Origin: Catajapyx aquilonaris
Taxonomy: Eukaryota
Length of the DNA: 26,272 bases
Reading direction: 5' to 3'
Assembly (NCBI GenBank): GCA_000934665.2
Contig: KZ538278.1
Span: 62,001 to 88,272 of the forward strand
Made by a program: the position numbers and the translations under genes. Of this stretch, positions 13,379 through 22,591 are shown in pieces (position 1 is the stretch's first letter; each line of letters begins with the position of its first letter). The notes below the pieces were generated by a model that saw nothing but the letters and a program-made list of their open reading frames with translations, searched no databases and had not been told where the DNA came from.

Positions 13379-13682
13379 ATAATAATAATAATTAATTCTT
13401 AATAATTTCATACCCCGTTATCAGCCGGCGGCTCTTTAGGGGGGAACTTTTGTTTTGTCTGGAACTCTTTGCTTGCATTTTTACTTATTGCTTTTTGGGA
13501 GAGGATAGGAAAGGAAGGGGGCGGCTGTGGCCTGTTTATTAGGAAACAACTCCGGAATTCTCCTGGAGAAACCGTGGGCAACCACAGAAAACCACGGTTA
13601 GAGTTGCCGGCACCGGGATTCGAACCCAGGACCTCCCGATTAGCAGTCGGACGCCTTATCCACTATGCCAACCTGCTTCGGT
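13379..13682 (-). mobile_element. Full-length ~300-bp tRNA-derived SINE with 17-bp TSD
   Basis: Minus strand has A box TGGCATAGTGG, B box GGTTCGAATCC, a central domain, a 3' CCCC...ACGGGGTA stem and an (ATT)n tail. TGAAGACAGGTAGTGTA is repeated perfectly at 13362-13378 and 13683-13699. Confidence 0.93.
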
Positions 13683-13832
13683 TGAAGACAGGTAGTGTAT
13701 AATGCAGGCTTAATTACAGGAGAGTTCGCATTTTCATCTAATCGTATTATTATCAATATTCTGTAACTGGAGTTATCTGAAGAAGTTAAAATGCGCACAT
13801 GCAGCACACATTTATGATCAACAACAAACGAC

Positions 13833-13838
13833 TTTATT
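13833..13838 (-). terminator. Candidate polyadenylation signal of the convertase gene
   Basis: AATAAA on the minus strand ~475 nt after the stop codon, followed by GT-rich sequence (GTTTGTTGTTG...TGTGTGCTGCATGTG). Confidence 0.4.
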
Positions 13839-14310
13839 TCCAATAAGATAACGGAAACTGCACAAAGAACATGAATGTAAGAAACACTTGATCAACGGTT
13901 AATAGCAGTCATTTTATCACTACAAGGGTAACTCTAATTTCGGATAATAATTACAGTCGATGTTAAAATACAATTTTTCTTCTAAGCATCATAATTAGAC
14001 TGTATAATACCCTTTACCCTTGCTTTCTGTCATTCTTTTAAAAAACCATTACAAATGATCCTTGTATCCATGTTCAATGATCAGCTTGAATTATTGTACC
14101 CAGCATTTTACATCAGGCATAGAAAATATGGAAGAATACATGGGAATGCCTCATGACATGCAACATGTTGCGTCATGATATTGCTTTAGGTGATATGTTG
14201 GAAGCAGTTTTCCTCACAAACTAGAGCAAAATTGACTGGAAGCTGTGACTCATCTCGTTGACTAGAAATGGAATAGCATATTGTCTCAGGTACTCAGACT
14301 TTTGAAATAA

Positions 14311-14544
14311 CTACAAATTCTCTTCCAGTTCATTGCTTGACTCTTGCTGGCCTTCATTGTGAGCCCTACTCTCCTCTGTAGCCACCTCTTCCTCTTGGCT
14401 TCCACCACGCTGCGCTTCTTCTCCGCCCCCGTTTTCCAATTGCCGATATGAATACTCAGCTTTATTGTCAGTGCTGCAGCAGCTATCCTCCACCAGCTGG
14501 TAAAACGTCACGGCTGTCAGAAGGATCCCTGTCAGTGTCAGAAT
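14311..14544 (-). CDS. PCSK7: Terminal coding exon of PC7-like proprotein convertase (TM segment and cytoplasmic tail)
   Basis: Acceptor ...TTCGTTTGGCAG|ATT is phase 0, matching the phase-0 donor at 21124. It encodes ILTLTGILLTAVTFYQLVEDSCCSTDNKAEYSYRQL...ELEENL*. The hydrophobic start parallels vertebrate PC7 TLVLVGCFTVFWTVYYMLE (recalled from memory). Confidence 0.75.
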   Translation of the reverse strand: MLTLTGILLTAVTFYQLVEDSCCSTDNKAEYSYRQLENGGGEEAQRGGSQEEEVATEESRAHNEGQQESSNELEENL

Positions 14545-15842
14545 CTGCCAAACGAATTTTTCGGGCTCAGTTACGGTCGTCATGAGAGCAGATTGGATCT
14601 GCTGTACGCTCCCTCATGCAGTCCCAAGTCGATTTTTTTTCCCCATGACACATCAAATCTCTGCAGTGGCACGCATTCACAGGTACTTTAGACTCGAATG
14701 TTGGCAGGCATAGATTCTCAGTGTCATGCACAATACAATGCCATTAATTAGACAATATTCACCCATGCAATGCATCACAGAGTTAACCTGATCTTATGCT
14801 AACTAACAATGTAAATGCTAGAATAAGACCAGTTATTATTCATCCAAGTTAAATGTTGGAAATTACCATATTCCCTTCAGTAACAGTTTTGCATAATTCT
14901 TATACTGCCTGGTACATGTTAATGAAGCTAAGCGGTAAAACAACTGCTGGTGGGTAACTGAAGCCGAATGACAGTTTTTAGGCCCCCTGCACATAGGTAA
15001 AACTTCACTCAGAGAGCCAAAATGGAATATATATAAAAAGCCGCATTCTTATGCCACACTAACTAGTTATATGACTTTTCAGATCGAGCAGAAAAGAGAG
15101 TTAATCAAGTGGCGCACAGGGTGGGTCTCACCAATACATTCTGGTAGCTTATTATCGCATACAGAGCTTATTGCAATGTGCAGATGCGGCTTTTTTCTGT
15201 AGGACTGCACACTTCTGGATATTTCGAATTATGCTTCATGATGGATGCATGGGAATGTTTGATAAAGTGGTTTCTCAACACTTCAGAATATTCCAGAGTA
15301 CGAAACACATGCAACATAAACCATAGTTGCAATTGTCTAGATTTACTGCACCCGTAGGGACAGTTGCAGGCCTACTAGGCAAAAGAAACTAACCACGCAT
15401 ACAGTATTGGGTGCTAAAACTGGACTGTTGAACGCAACTGGTGGTGTGGCTATGTAATTATGTTCTTTCCCTGTTGCATGAGTTCACTGGACAGACATGT
15501 CATGCTGAAGTTTACAATATAGAATATACCATATACATAACTGTAGACAGTCATCCCTCGGTATAGGACACCATCTGCGCCACATATAATGTCATGGGTT
15601 AGGAACGTGTCACAAATAAAGGTATTTAACAAGGTAAGAGAAATTAGAAGTGCTAAAAAAATTTGGCCTATAATACATCTCTAGTACATCTCAAGCATAG
15701 TATGCTTGGGTCACTCAAGGCTCCGTGTGCAGCAGGGCCCCCGGATTAACATCCTTTGATTTCGACCCCTCAAGCTTAAAGATGTGTTGGCACCATTTAA
15801 AGCCTCCCACCCATTGGCCAATTCCCCCCCCCCCCCCCCCCC

Positions 15843-16273
15843 NNNNNNNNNNNNNNNNNNNNNNNNNNNNNNNNNNNNNNNNNNNNNNNNNNNNNNNNNN
15901 NNNNNNNNNNNNNNNNNNNNNNNNNNNNNNNNNNNNNNNNNNNNNNNNNNNNNNNNNNNNNNNNNNNNNNNNNNNNNNNNNNNNNNNNNNNNNNNNNNNN
16001 NNNNNNNNNNNNNNNNNNNNNNNNNNNNNNNNNNNNNNNNNNNNNNNNNNNNNNNNNNNNNNNNNNNNNNNNNNNNNNNNNNNNNNNNNNNNNNNNNNNN
16101 NNNNNNNNNNNNNNNNNNNNNNNNNNNNNNNNNNNNNNNNNNNNNNNNNNNNNNNNNNNNNNNNNNNNNNNNNNNNNNNNNNNNNNNNNNNNNNNNNNNN
16201 NNNNNNNNNNNNNNNNNNNNNNNNNNNNNNNNNNNNNNNNNNNNNNNNNNNNNNNNNNNNNNNNNNNNNNNNN
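15843..16273. other. Assembly gap (N run) flanked by poly-C and poly-G
   Basis: N run with a C homopolymer on the left and a G homopolymer on the right. Confidence 0.99.
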
Positions 16274-16484
16274 GGGGGGGGGGGGGGGGGAAGCGCGAGG
16301 CATAGATATGAATGGTGGCATTTCCATGGGAACTTGAAAAGTGGGATCTTGTTGAAAGGAGGAGTGAGAGGAGTTTTGCTTGTTGTTCGAGTCGGCTCAT
16401 TTTCGGAAGCTGAAACATGCTGCATTAAATTCCTCGTAAAAAGTAACCCCGTGCTAGTTTACAGTGGATTCCCCTGGATTTCTA

Positions 16485-16926
16485 CAGGGTTCGGAAATTT
16501 AACCTATTGTCGCTTTGGGAAATGATAGAGGGGTTATAGGCGATCACTTTGAGTATATGCAACATGGGTCTCTGACGCATAGTTACCCAGATAATTAGCA
16601 TTAAATAAAAAGTGCATTATCCCAGCTTATAGGTTTCGGATACTGCTTACGATACTTCCATCGCCTTGGGCCCTAGGACATTCCCTCCTACACCTAAAAG
16701 GATTGTAAATTAAAATTAAATTACATGGTAACACCTTAAATTTAAATGAAAAAGGTAACGTCGCCTGGAGAGATGCCTATGTGCCAGGATATTTTACCCC
16801 TTGTATTTGAAGCACATTATCTCGGCAACTATGCGTCAGAGATCCATGCTGCATATACTCAAAGTGATCGCCTAGAACCCCTCTATCATTTCCCAAACCA
16901 ACGGTAGGTTACATTTCGGAACCCTG
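16485..16926. mobile_element. TA-flanked Tc1/mariner-type MITE, ~115-bp inverted arms
   Basis: Termini TA|CAGGGTTCGGAAAT...ATTTCGGAACCCTG|TA. Inner match TTTGGGAAATGATAGAGGGGTT.TAGGCGATCACTTTGAGTATATGCA is present on both arms. Confidence 0.9.
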
Positions 16927-17755
16927 TATAACGAACAAACCCACAAACTTCCTAAAATATACATGGATATAGATATGTTGTAAAGGATAGTTTTCTCCCC
17001 TCTGACTACAATTTTTAGTGCAAGTTGTTCACACTAATTCCATATTAAAAAGTGAAACTAAGACTTGGTTTATCCAGTCTAGTAACGCAAAATTCCTATT
17101 TAAAAGTTTCAATTTTGCACATTTCCCCTTTAAAATCAGCACAGGAGGCAGTAGAAATGTCAGAAAAGCTCAATTTTAATATCACAAGCAATGATAGGTA
17201 ACAAGCGATTTTTTGAGTTGCATATTGTACAATAAAACAGTTATCATCGTTAATCTGACCAAAGGATGAATTTGACATTTTTGCTCAAATCAAGTTATGG
17301 CATCTGCCAGCACCATCAAGTGTTGGGTCACATTCTGACAAAATGGGGAACATGTGGGTCATGTGGCTTCAGAGTTATAGCGGAAAATAAAAAGGCCATA
17401 GCCTACTATGTATTTGTATAGCGGATTGCAGGTTTGTTTTGGCTCTCCTGTACAATTACGAAAATGTTGAATTCGTCCTTTTGTCAGATTAACAACGATA
17501 TTATGAAATAAATGACTTTGCAACACTGGTTTAAATTGGGGTATTATAAAGAAAGAACATGATTTTGGATACATTAATCTCATTACTTCCAGTTTTAATG
17601 AAAAATTGGCATCTCAAAAAACCAGTCACAATCTATCATTGCTTGGAAGTGAAATCATGTAACATTTCCAGCACCGCCACACCTGTCATAATTTCTACCA
17701 TAAAAATTGTTCAATTAATTTAAAATACAGGTTTTTTTTGCAATACTGGAATATA

Positions 17756-17910
17756 CAGGGTGGTCGAAAAAGAATGCCATGATTCTAAAACCTTATAACT
17801 CGAAAATTTGTAGACATATCTGAATGATTTAAGTTTTGAAATGTTAAGAAAGGTCTAAAGTTTTGGGTCTTAGCAGAGTTTGTTTCATCATGATCTTCAT
17901 CTGTGGCTAA
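17756..17910 (-). mobile_element. End fragment of a Tc1/mariner-superfamily element (same family as 26138-26272)
   Basis: Starts TA|CAGGGTGG. 17768-17900 aligns in direct orientation with ~26138-26272 (GACATATCT.AATGATTTAAGT.TTGAAATG...GTCTAAAGTTTT). Confidence 0.7.
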
Positions 17911-18149
17911 GAAAATTTAAATATGGTAAGCGGTGTCATCCTTAACCCGATCAGACATGCCTGGAGTCACCATTGTGATCATATTCCACGATGGAGATCG
18001 TCCGCATTCGAATTTCAATTGGCGCCTCTTCAGAAATGATCAGAAGGGTCCAATTAGTCTATGTGCAAAGCAGCACCTTTTAATCACAAAATGCATAGTT
18101 CACCTCATTTTTCGTCCTTAACCACTGGACTATAACCACCACCAATCGG

Positions 18150-18500
18150 CAACAGCAGTACACTTGGACCAACGATGTACTAATTATTTCCTCCGGTAAC
18201 CGTACAACTAACAATGGGCTGTGAGAGACGCACTCAGCGCAAACAGCAGCCACAACTTATGCACTGGAACTGTACCAATTTCTCTTCAGGTGTGTCTTCA
18301 TTTTTGGCGGAAGAAAGAAGTTGCAGGGCACAAGATATGGGCTGTATTTGCCAGATGAGGAAGTAAGGGGAAATTGAGTCTTTGGAGGGCATCGGCACTT
18401 CTGGGTGTGTGTGTGCCGGTCGAGCATTATTGTGGTGAACAATGACATCCTTTCCTGGGTGCATACTGTTCATGTGTGCCTAAAACCTCCACAGGGTGTC
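18150..18500 (-). pseudogene. Mariner transposase relic, C-terminal half
   Basis: Frameshifted translation gives PGKDVIVHHNNARP (mariner HHDNARPH) and YSPYLVPCNFFLPPKMKTHLK (YSPDLAPxDF). Confidence 0.88.
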
Positions 18501-18559
18501 CACATGCACCTCAGAATGCACATGTTTGCGACCAGTCAGGAACTCGACATGCATGACAC

Positions 18560-18875
18560 CTTATCCAGAGACTCAAATTTCCTGCACTTCCTCATCCGCC
18601 ATATACAGCCCAGATCTTGTGCCTTGAGACTTCTTTCTTTCTCCAAAACTAAAGACACCCCTGAAGGGAAATCAGTACAGCTCCAATGCATAAGTTGAGG
18701 TTGCTGTTCGCGCTTGGTTCCACTCCGGGAGCACAGAATTGTACGCTGACCGGAGGAACAAACTAGTACGTTGTAGGCGAAAGAAGTGTCCTGTTGGTGG
18801 TGGTGGTGATGCAAAAAAGTAAATATATGGTTTTGAAGATGACATTTCAAGCTTTCATTTGATGTCACCCTCATT
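18560..18875 (+). pseudogene. Inverted second copy of the mariner C-terminal half with probable 3' TIR
   Basis: Translates as LPHPP/YSPDLVP*DFFLSPKLKTPLKGNQYSSNA*VEVAVRAWFHSGSTELYADRRNKLV...KC...GGDAKK*. Ends TTTGATGTCACCCTCAT, which resembles a mariner TIR. Confidence 0.88.
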
Positions 18876-19447
18876 GTCCTGTGACATGTAGGCCCTATTC
18901 AAAAATCTATGTGTATGGAGGCAAAAATTATTATCAGCATGCCCTCGTATTTTTATCTTATTGGATTGGTATTTTTCATATGGAATTTTCCCCGCTATTG
19001 GAGTACTTGGGAATTCTGAGTTTGAAAATTAATTCTGAATTCTATCTACGCCTAATTGGAATTCAGAGAGATAACGTTTACCAGACCAAGTGAACATTAC
19101 CATACAATTTAAGGGCGTTTATCTCACAACCAAACCAACTCTTTTTACTCATTGTTTGAAGGGGGGAGAGGGAAGGTGAGAGAAGTGTGTGTGGAATTCG
19201 ACAGGGATAATCTATCAAGGGCACTGTTGAACCCATCGGATGAGCAATTGAGGGTACTTTTTAATTTTTTTTCTTACATAGCGGACTGGGTGCACAATAT
19301 ATTGTTAATGGATTTGAGATACAGTGAGATTGTACACATTTATATAACTCTGTTGGATATGTATTTAAAATTATATGAAAAAAGGGTATTGGATGTATGG
19401 AAGTCTGAGTTGTCCCTCCCTGTGTTTGGAGGCAGGGAGGAAAATAA

Positions 19448-20063
19448 CGTTGTTAGGCATCGGAAATCCTCTAGGTGGGTGAAGGACAACTTTTCAGGAG
19501 GGACAAAAAACCAATTAAAACCTTTGAAGTGGCATGTGTGTGATCCAGATTTTTTTATTAAGGCATGTTTCTCATAATGCATGTATTGCACTAAGAATAA
19601 ACAGAATTCATATGAAATTCCAGGAAATAATACGCATTTCTTAGTGATTATCACACATAGCGGATTTTAACAAGTCACATGCCCCACATAGCTGAATTTT
19701 GTTCATGACAGATAAATAATTATAATTATAAAATATTATTATTTCAATTATTAACTCATAGTTCAGTTGGACATTAAAATAATTTTTATCATTACGGTGC
19801 TAAGAGAAAGGAACTTGTCATCTTCTATACACTTCTATACAAATCCGCTATGTGTAACACGCACCACATAGCTGAATTTCTTTGAACTAATTGCTCCACA
19901 TAGCGTATATGGTCAGATAATGGTCCTTTTTTCCTCATTTCTGGCTGTTGCCACACTTGGCGGGTTTTCACAGCAGATGCACATGGCGGTTTTCGTCACA
20001 TTCCACTATAAACCTCATTTCAGCCAAAGTCTCCACATAGCGGATTTCCGATGCCTAACGACG
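19448..20063. mobile_element. MITE with ~31-bp TIRs, 4-bp ATAA TSD and iterated CACATAGCGGATTT motifs (Sola-like by inference)
   Basis: Termini ATAA|CGTTGTTAGGCATCGGAAATCC...GGATTTCCGATGCCTAACGACG|ATAA. Motif copies occur near 19654, 19685, 19842 (reverse), 19864, 19896, 19980 and 20033. Confidence 0.85.
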
Positions 20064-20399
20064 ATAAATATTATTATTATTTTTTTATTATTATTATTAT
20101 TAACTCTTTTTACTCCCCTGAATTTTTATAATTTTTGCCTTTTCTATTCTGCTTGCACTATAGTGTTGTGCAAACATCACCTCAGCTGCTAATGCTCACG
20201 TTAGCAGGGTCAAAATACCAGCCAAGAGGTGATATTCCGAAGCCACAACACCAGCAGCCGGTCGCGGGTCCAGGGTCACCGTGACTGATATGTGTAATAA
20301 ATTGAAAATGATTGATTAGACTTGATCCATACATTGCTACATGAAGTTGATTTCATAGCATGTGAGGTGGTCCTTCTCATTCGCACCACCAGAGAGTTT

Positions 20400-20485
20400 T
20401 AATTTATTTACTTATTTATTACCCCGTTCTCCGACCATTTGGTCGTTTTGGGGGGGGACACATATCACCATTCACACACACACAC
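20400..20485 (-). mobile_element. Truncated SINE/LINE-type 3' tail
   Basis: Minus strand reads (GT)nGAATGG...CCCCCCCCAAAACGACCAAATGGTCGGAGAACGGGGTAATAAATAAGTAAATAAA, the same architecture as the other SINE tails. Confidence 0.6.
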
Positions 20486-20775
20486 CCAGACTTGCGCTCA
20501 ATAAGCTGTGGGAACGTTGAAAACTCAACTTTTCGAAGCTAGTGTAAACTAACCTAACCTACCCTACCCTAACGAACCTAGGCTGAGAAAAATGGACTTT
20601 GTGAAACGCTGCAAATTGAAATCATGGGGGCATGTCCCCAATATAACGGTAGCGTTCTGGTGTGTGAAGATGTGGGGACCCAAAATGTCCCCACAAGAGA
20701 AATTGTGGGGACAGTAGTCCCCACTGTTACAGTAAAAACACATACTTCCAGTCCCACAGCTTATTGAAGACTAGA
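20486..20775. mobile_element. (CA)n-flanked element A with internal CCTAA/CCTAC tract
   Basis: CA tracts at 20473-20485 and 20776-20791. Perfect 16-bp IR TCAATAAGCTGTGGGA (20498-20513 and 20752-20767). CCTAA tract at ~20548-20580. Several GTGGGGAC/GTCCCCAC motifs. Homologous to element B. Confidence 0.85.
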
Positions 20776-21123
20776 ACACATACACACACACGCCACCCGA
20801 TAGCGACCTACAGTTATGGTGACTGGTGACCCACGACCAGCTGCAGGTGTTGTGGGAATATCGTTTTTTGGCTTGTACGAGTATGTTGACCCTGCTAACG
20901 TAACAATTAGCAGCCAAAGTGATGTTTGCACAACACTATAGGCCAAGCAGAATTAGAAAAGGCAGAAATTTTCAAAATTCCGGGGAGTAAAAATAGTTAG
21001 TTTGGTCATCAGAGACACTTGCCAAAAGAAAAGTGTAATTTGTATCCCTGCATGGACCTCAACAGATGTGCACTGTGGTCACTTTGACTGGTAGCATCAT
21101 GCAGAAGCAAATGTAAAACTTAC

Positions 21124-21433
21124 CCTAAGCCAGACAACAGGCATTGGTTGAACAGTAGGGAACTGTGGTGGTGGTTGTTGACACTTGACATCAGAGGTGT
21201 TGAACGCTAGCTTGTCTACCCTGGACGCTTGCTCCACTAATTTCTGTCGATGTTGAAAATTCTCCTTCGTCATGGGAGATCCATGAAGAATTAGCTGCCA
21301 GGAGATAAAGCTTCCCCTTGGGTGCGGGGCCATGTCGCCTTCATCTGAGACTATTAAAGTCCATGTCCCATGAGGCTCTTCACCCCAGCATCGTACAGTT
21401 GTAAAGGTCCACCCATTTAGACCCTCTCTTGAC
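21124..21433 (-). CDS. PCSK7: Internal exon of PC7-like proprotein convertase (end of P domain and juxtamembrane linker)
   Basis: Acceptor TTTCTACACAG|G and donor AGG|GTAAGT bound an open frame SREGLNGWTFTTVRCWGEEPHGTWTLIVSDEGDMAPHPRGSFISWQLILHGSPMTKENFQHRQKLVEQA.... WTFxTVRCWGE, WQLxLxGS and RQxLxExA match PC7 (recalled) rather than furin (MTTHxWxE) or PC2. Confidence 0.92.
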
Positions 21434-21664
21434 CTGTGTAGAAACGTGCAAGATGCATCACATTACTCATGGAAACTGTACTGACAGTGAGACTTCAGAA
21501 ACCTTCATGCTAATGCAATGAAGGGAATAATACTTATAAGTGATCAGTCCTGCATGGAGCATAAATGTCAATAAGTATCTCTTCAGATAATAATTCTACC
21601 TTTGATTGTGGAGGCATAAGCAGGGTGATGCATGAATGACTAAGGCCCACACACACACACACAC

Positions 21665-22009
21665 CCACTCTTGTCTTGACTAAGGCGTGGGGACGGACAT
21701 TGATCACTTTTCACTGCGAGTGTAAACTGATCTAACCTAACCTAACCTAACCTAACCTAACCTACCCTACCCTACCTAACCTACCCTACCCTAAGTAACC
21801 TAGGCTGAGAAAAATGGACTTTTGTGAAACCCTACAAATGAAAATAGTGGGGACATGTCCCCACTAATTTACACATGTCCCCACTGTAATGGTACACTTC
21901 GCGTGTGTGAGACTGTGGGGACCGACAAATGTCCCCACAATTGGAACTGGTCCCCACAGCTACAGTAAAACCACAGACTTCCGTCCCCAGACCTTAGTCA
22001 AGACCTGAT
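21665..22009. mobile_element. (CA)n-flanked element B with internal (CCTAA)n
   Basis: CA tracts at 21648-21664 and 22010-22030. IR TCTTGACTAAGG..TGGGGACGGA, 22/24 (21674-21697 and 21980-22003). CCTAA/CCTAC array at 21732-21794. Shares AACCTAGGCTGAGAAAAATGGACTTT with element A. Confidence 0.88.
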
Positions 22010-22030
22010 CACACACACACACGCACGCAC

Positions 22031-22275
22031 ATCCCTATCCTTGTGAGGTTTTTCCAAAATTTAAAATTTAAAACTAACCTAACCTACAAAAAACACACCA
22101 AATTTTGGGGAAATATATTTTTACTGTCTTTATGAGGTATTTGTCGATTTTTCCCTATCCTTGTGAGGCGAGTGTTCACTATGAGGTACAGGACAACTAC
22201 CTCGTAATGACAAAATTCCTCACAAGGATAGGAAAACGCGCAAAAACACTCCTCACAAGGATGGCAATGCGCGTC
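22031..22275. mobile_element. (CA)n-flanked element C, related architecture with CCTATCCTTGTGAGG motif
   Basis: Motif is forward at 22033-22048 and 22153-22168, and reverse at 22218-22232 and 22251-22264. AACTAACCTAACCT at 22072-22085. CA tracts at 22010-22030 and 22276-22287. Confidence 0.8.
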
Positions 22276-22591
22276 CACACACACACATTCCTGCACATTA
22301 GCATGGTTCCTAAATCCTGATTTACATGTGCACTGCAGCATCCTGAGAGCATATTCTCGCATAGAATTCCATTCCTAGCTGGGAAAAACACCTAGCACGT
22401 TATCGCACCTGTCATGCTTCCTTCCACACAACCTTGAATATAATTGTCCAGAGGGAAGCTTGTCCCTTCACAAACTCATGCTTCAAGCAGTAAATATTCT
22501 TTGCTTTACAAAATTTTACATAAAACTGCACATCCTATACATTAGTAGTTAATTTATGTAAACATGTAAATTACATTATTTTAAACTAATA

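Larger units (their letters stand above)
20104..20996. mobile_element. TTAA-type (piggyBac-like) MITE, ~190-bp diverged arms, containing nested insertions
   Basis: Termini TTAA|CTCTTTTTACTCCCC...GGGGAGTAAAAATAG|TTAG. Arms share CTATAGTGTTGTGCAAACATCAC and ACGTTAGCAGGGTCAA. Confidence 0.85.

Noticed and set aside
11217..13682. tRNA genes at 11217, 11811 and 13610-13682
   Set aside because: Pol III boxes are present, but there is no intact cloverleaf and the sequences run into SINE bodies or tails, so they were called SINE heads.
14545..14583. ATG-started ORF 14311-14583 as a standalone gene
   Set aside because: The N-terminal 13 codons are better explained as intron upstream of the acceptor at 14545.
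15548..15842. Tigger-like end (CAGTCATCCCTCGGTATA) and hAT-like end (CAGGGCCCCCGGATTAAC)
   Set aside because: No partner terminus or TSD is visible; it may be hidden in the gap.
15711..16525. Five long ORFs (173-266 aa)
   Set aside because: Artefacts of translating through the N gap and flanking homopolymers.
19152..19577. 141-aa ORF
   Set aside because: Non-ATG start, no known motif, and it runs across a MITE boundary.
19650..20050. CRISPR-like repeat array
   Set aside because: Irregular spacing, mixed orientation, eukaryotic context and no cas genes; these are MITE internal motifs.
21732..21794. True telomere or chromosome-fusion scar
   Set aside because: Short, internal to a dispersed repeat present twice, and intronic.
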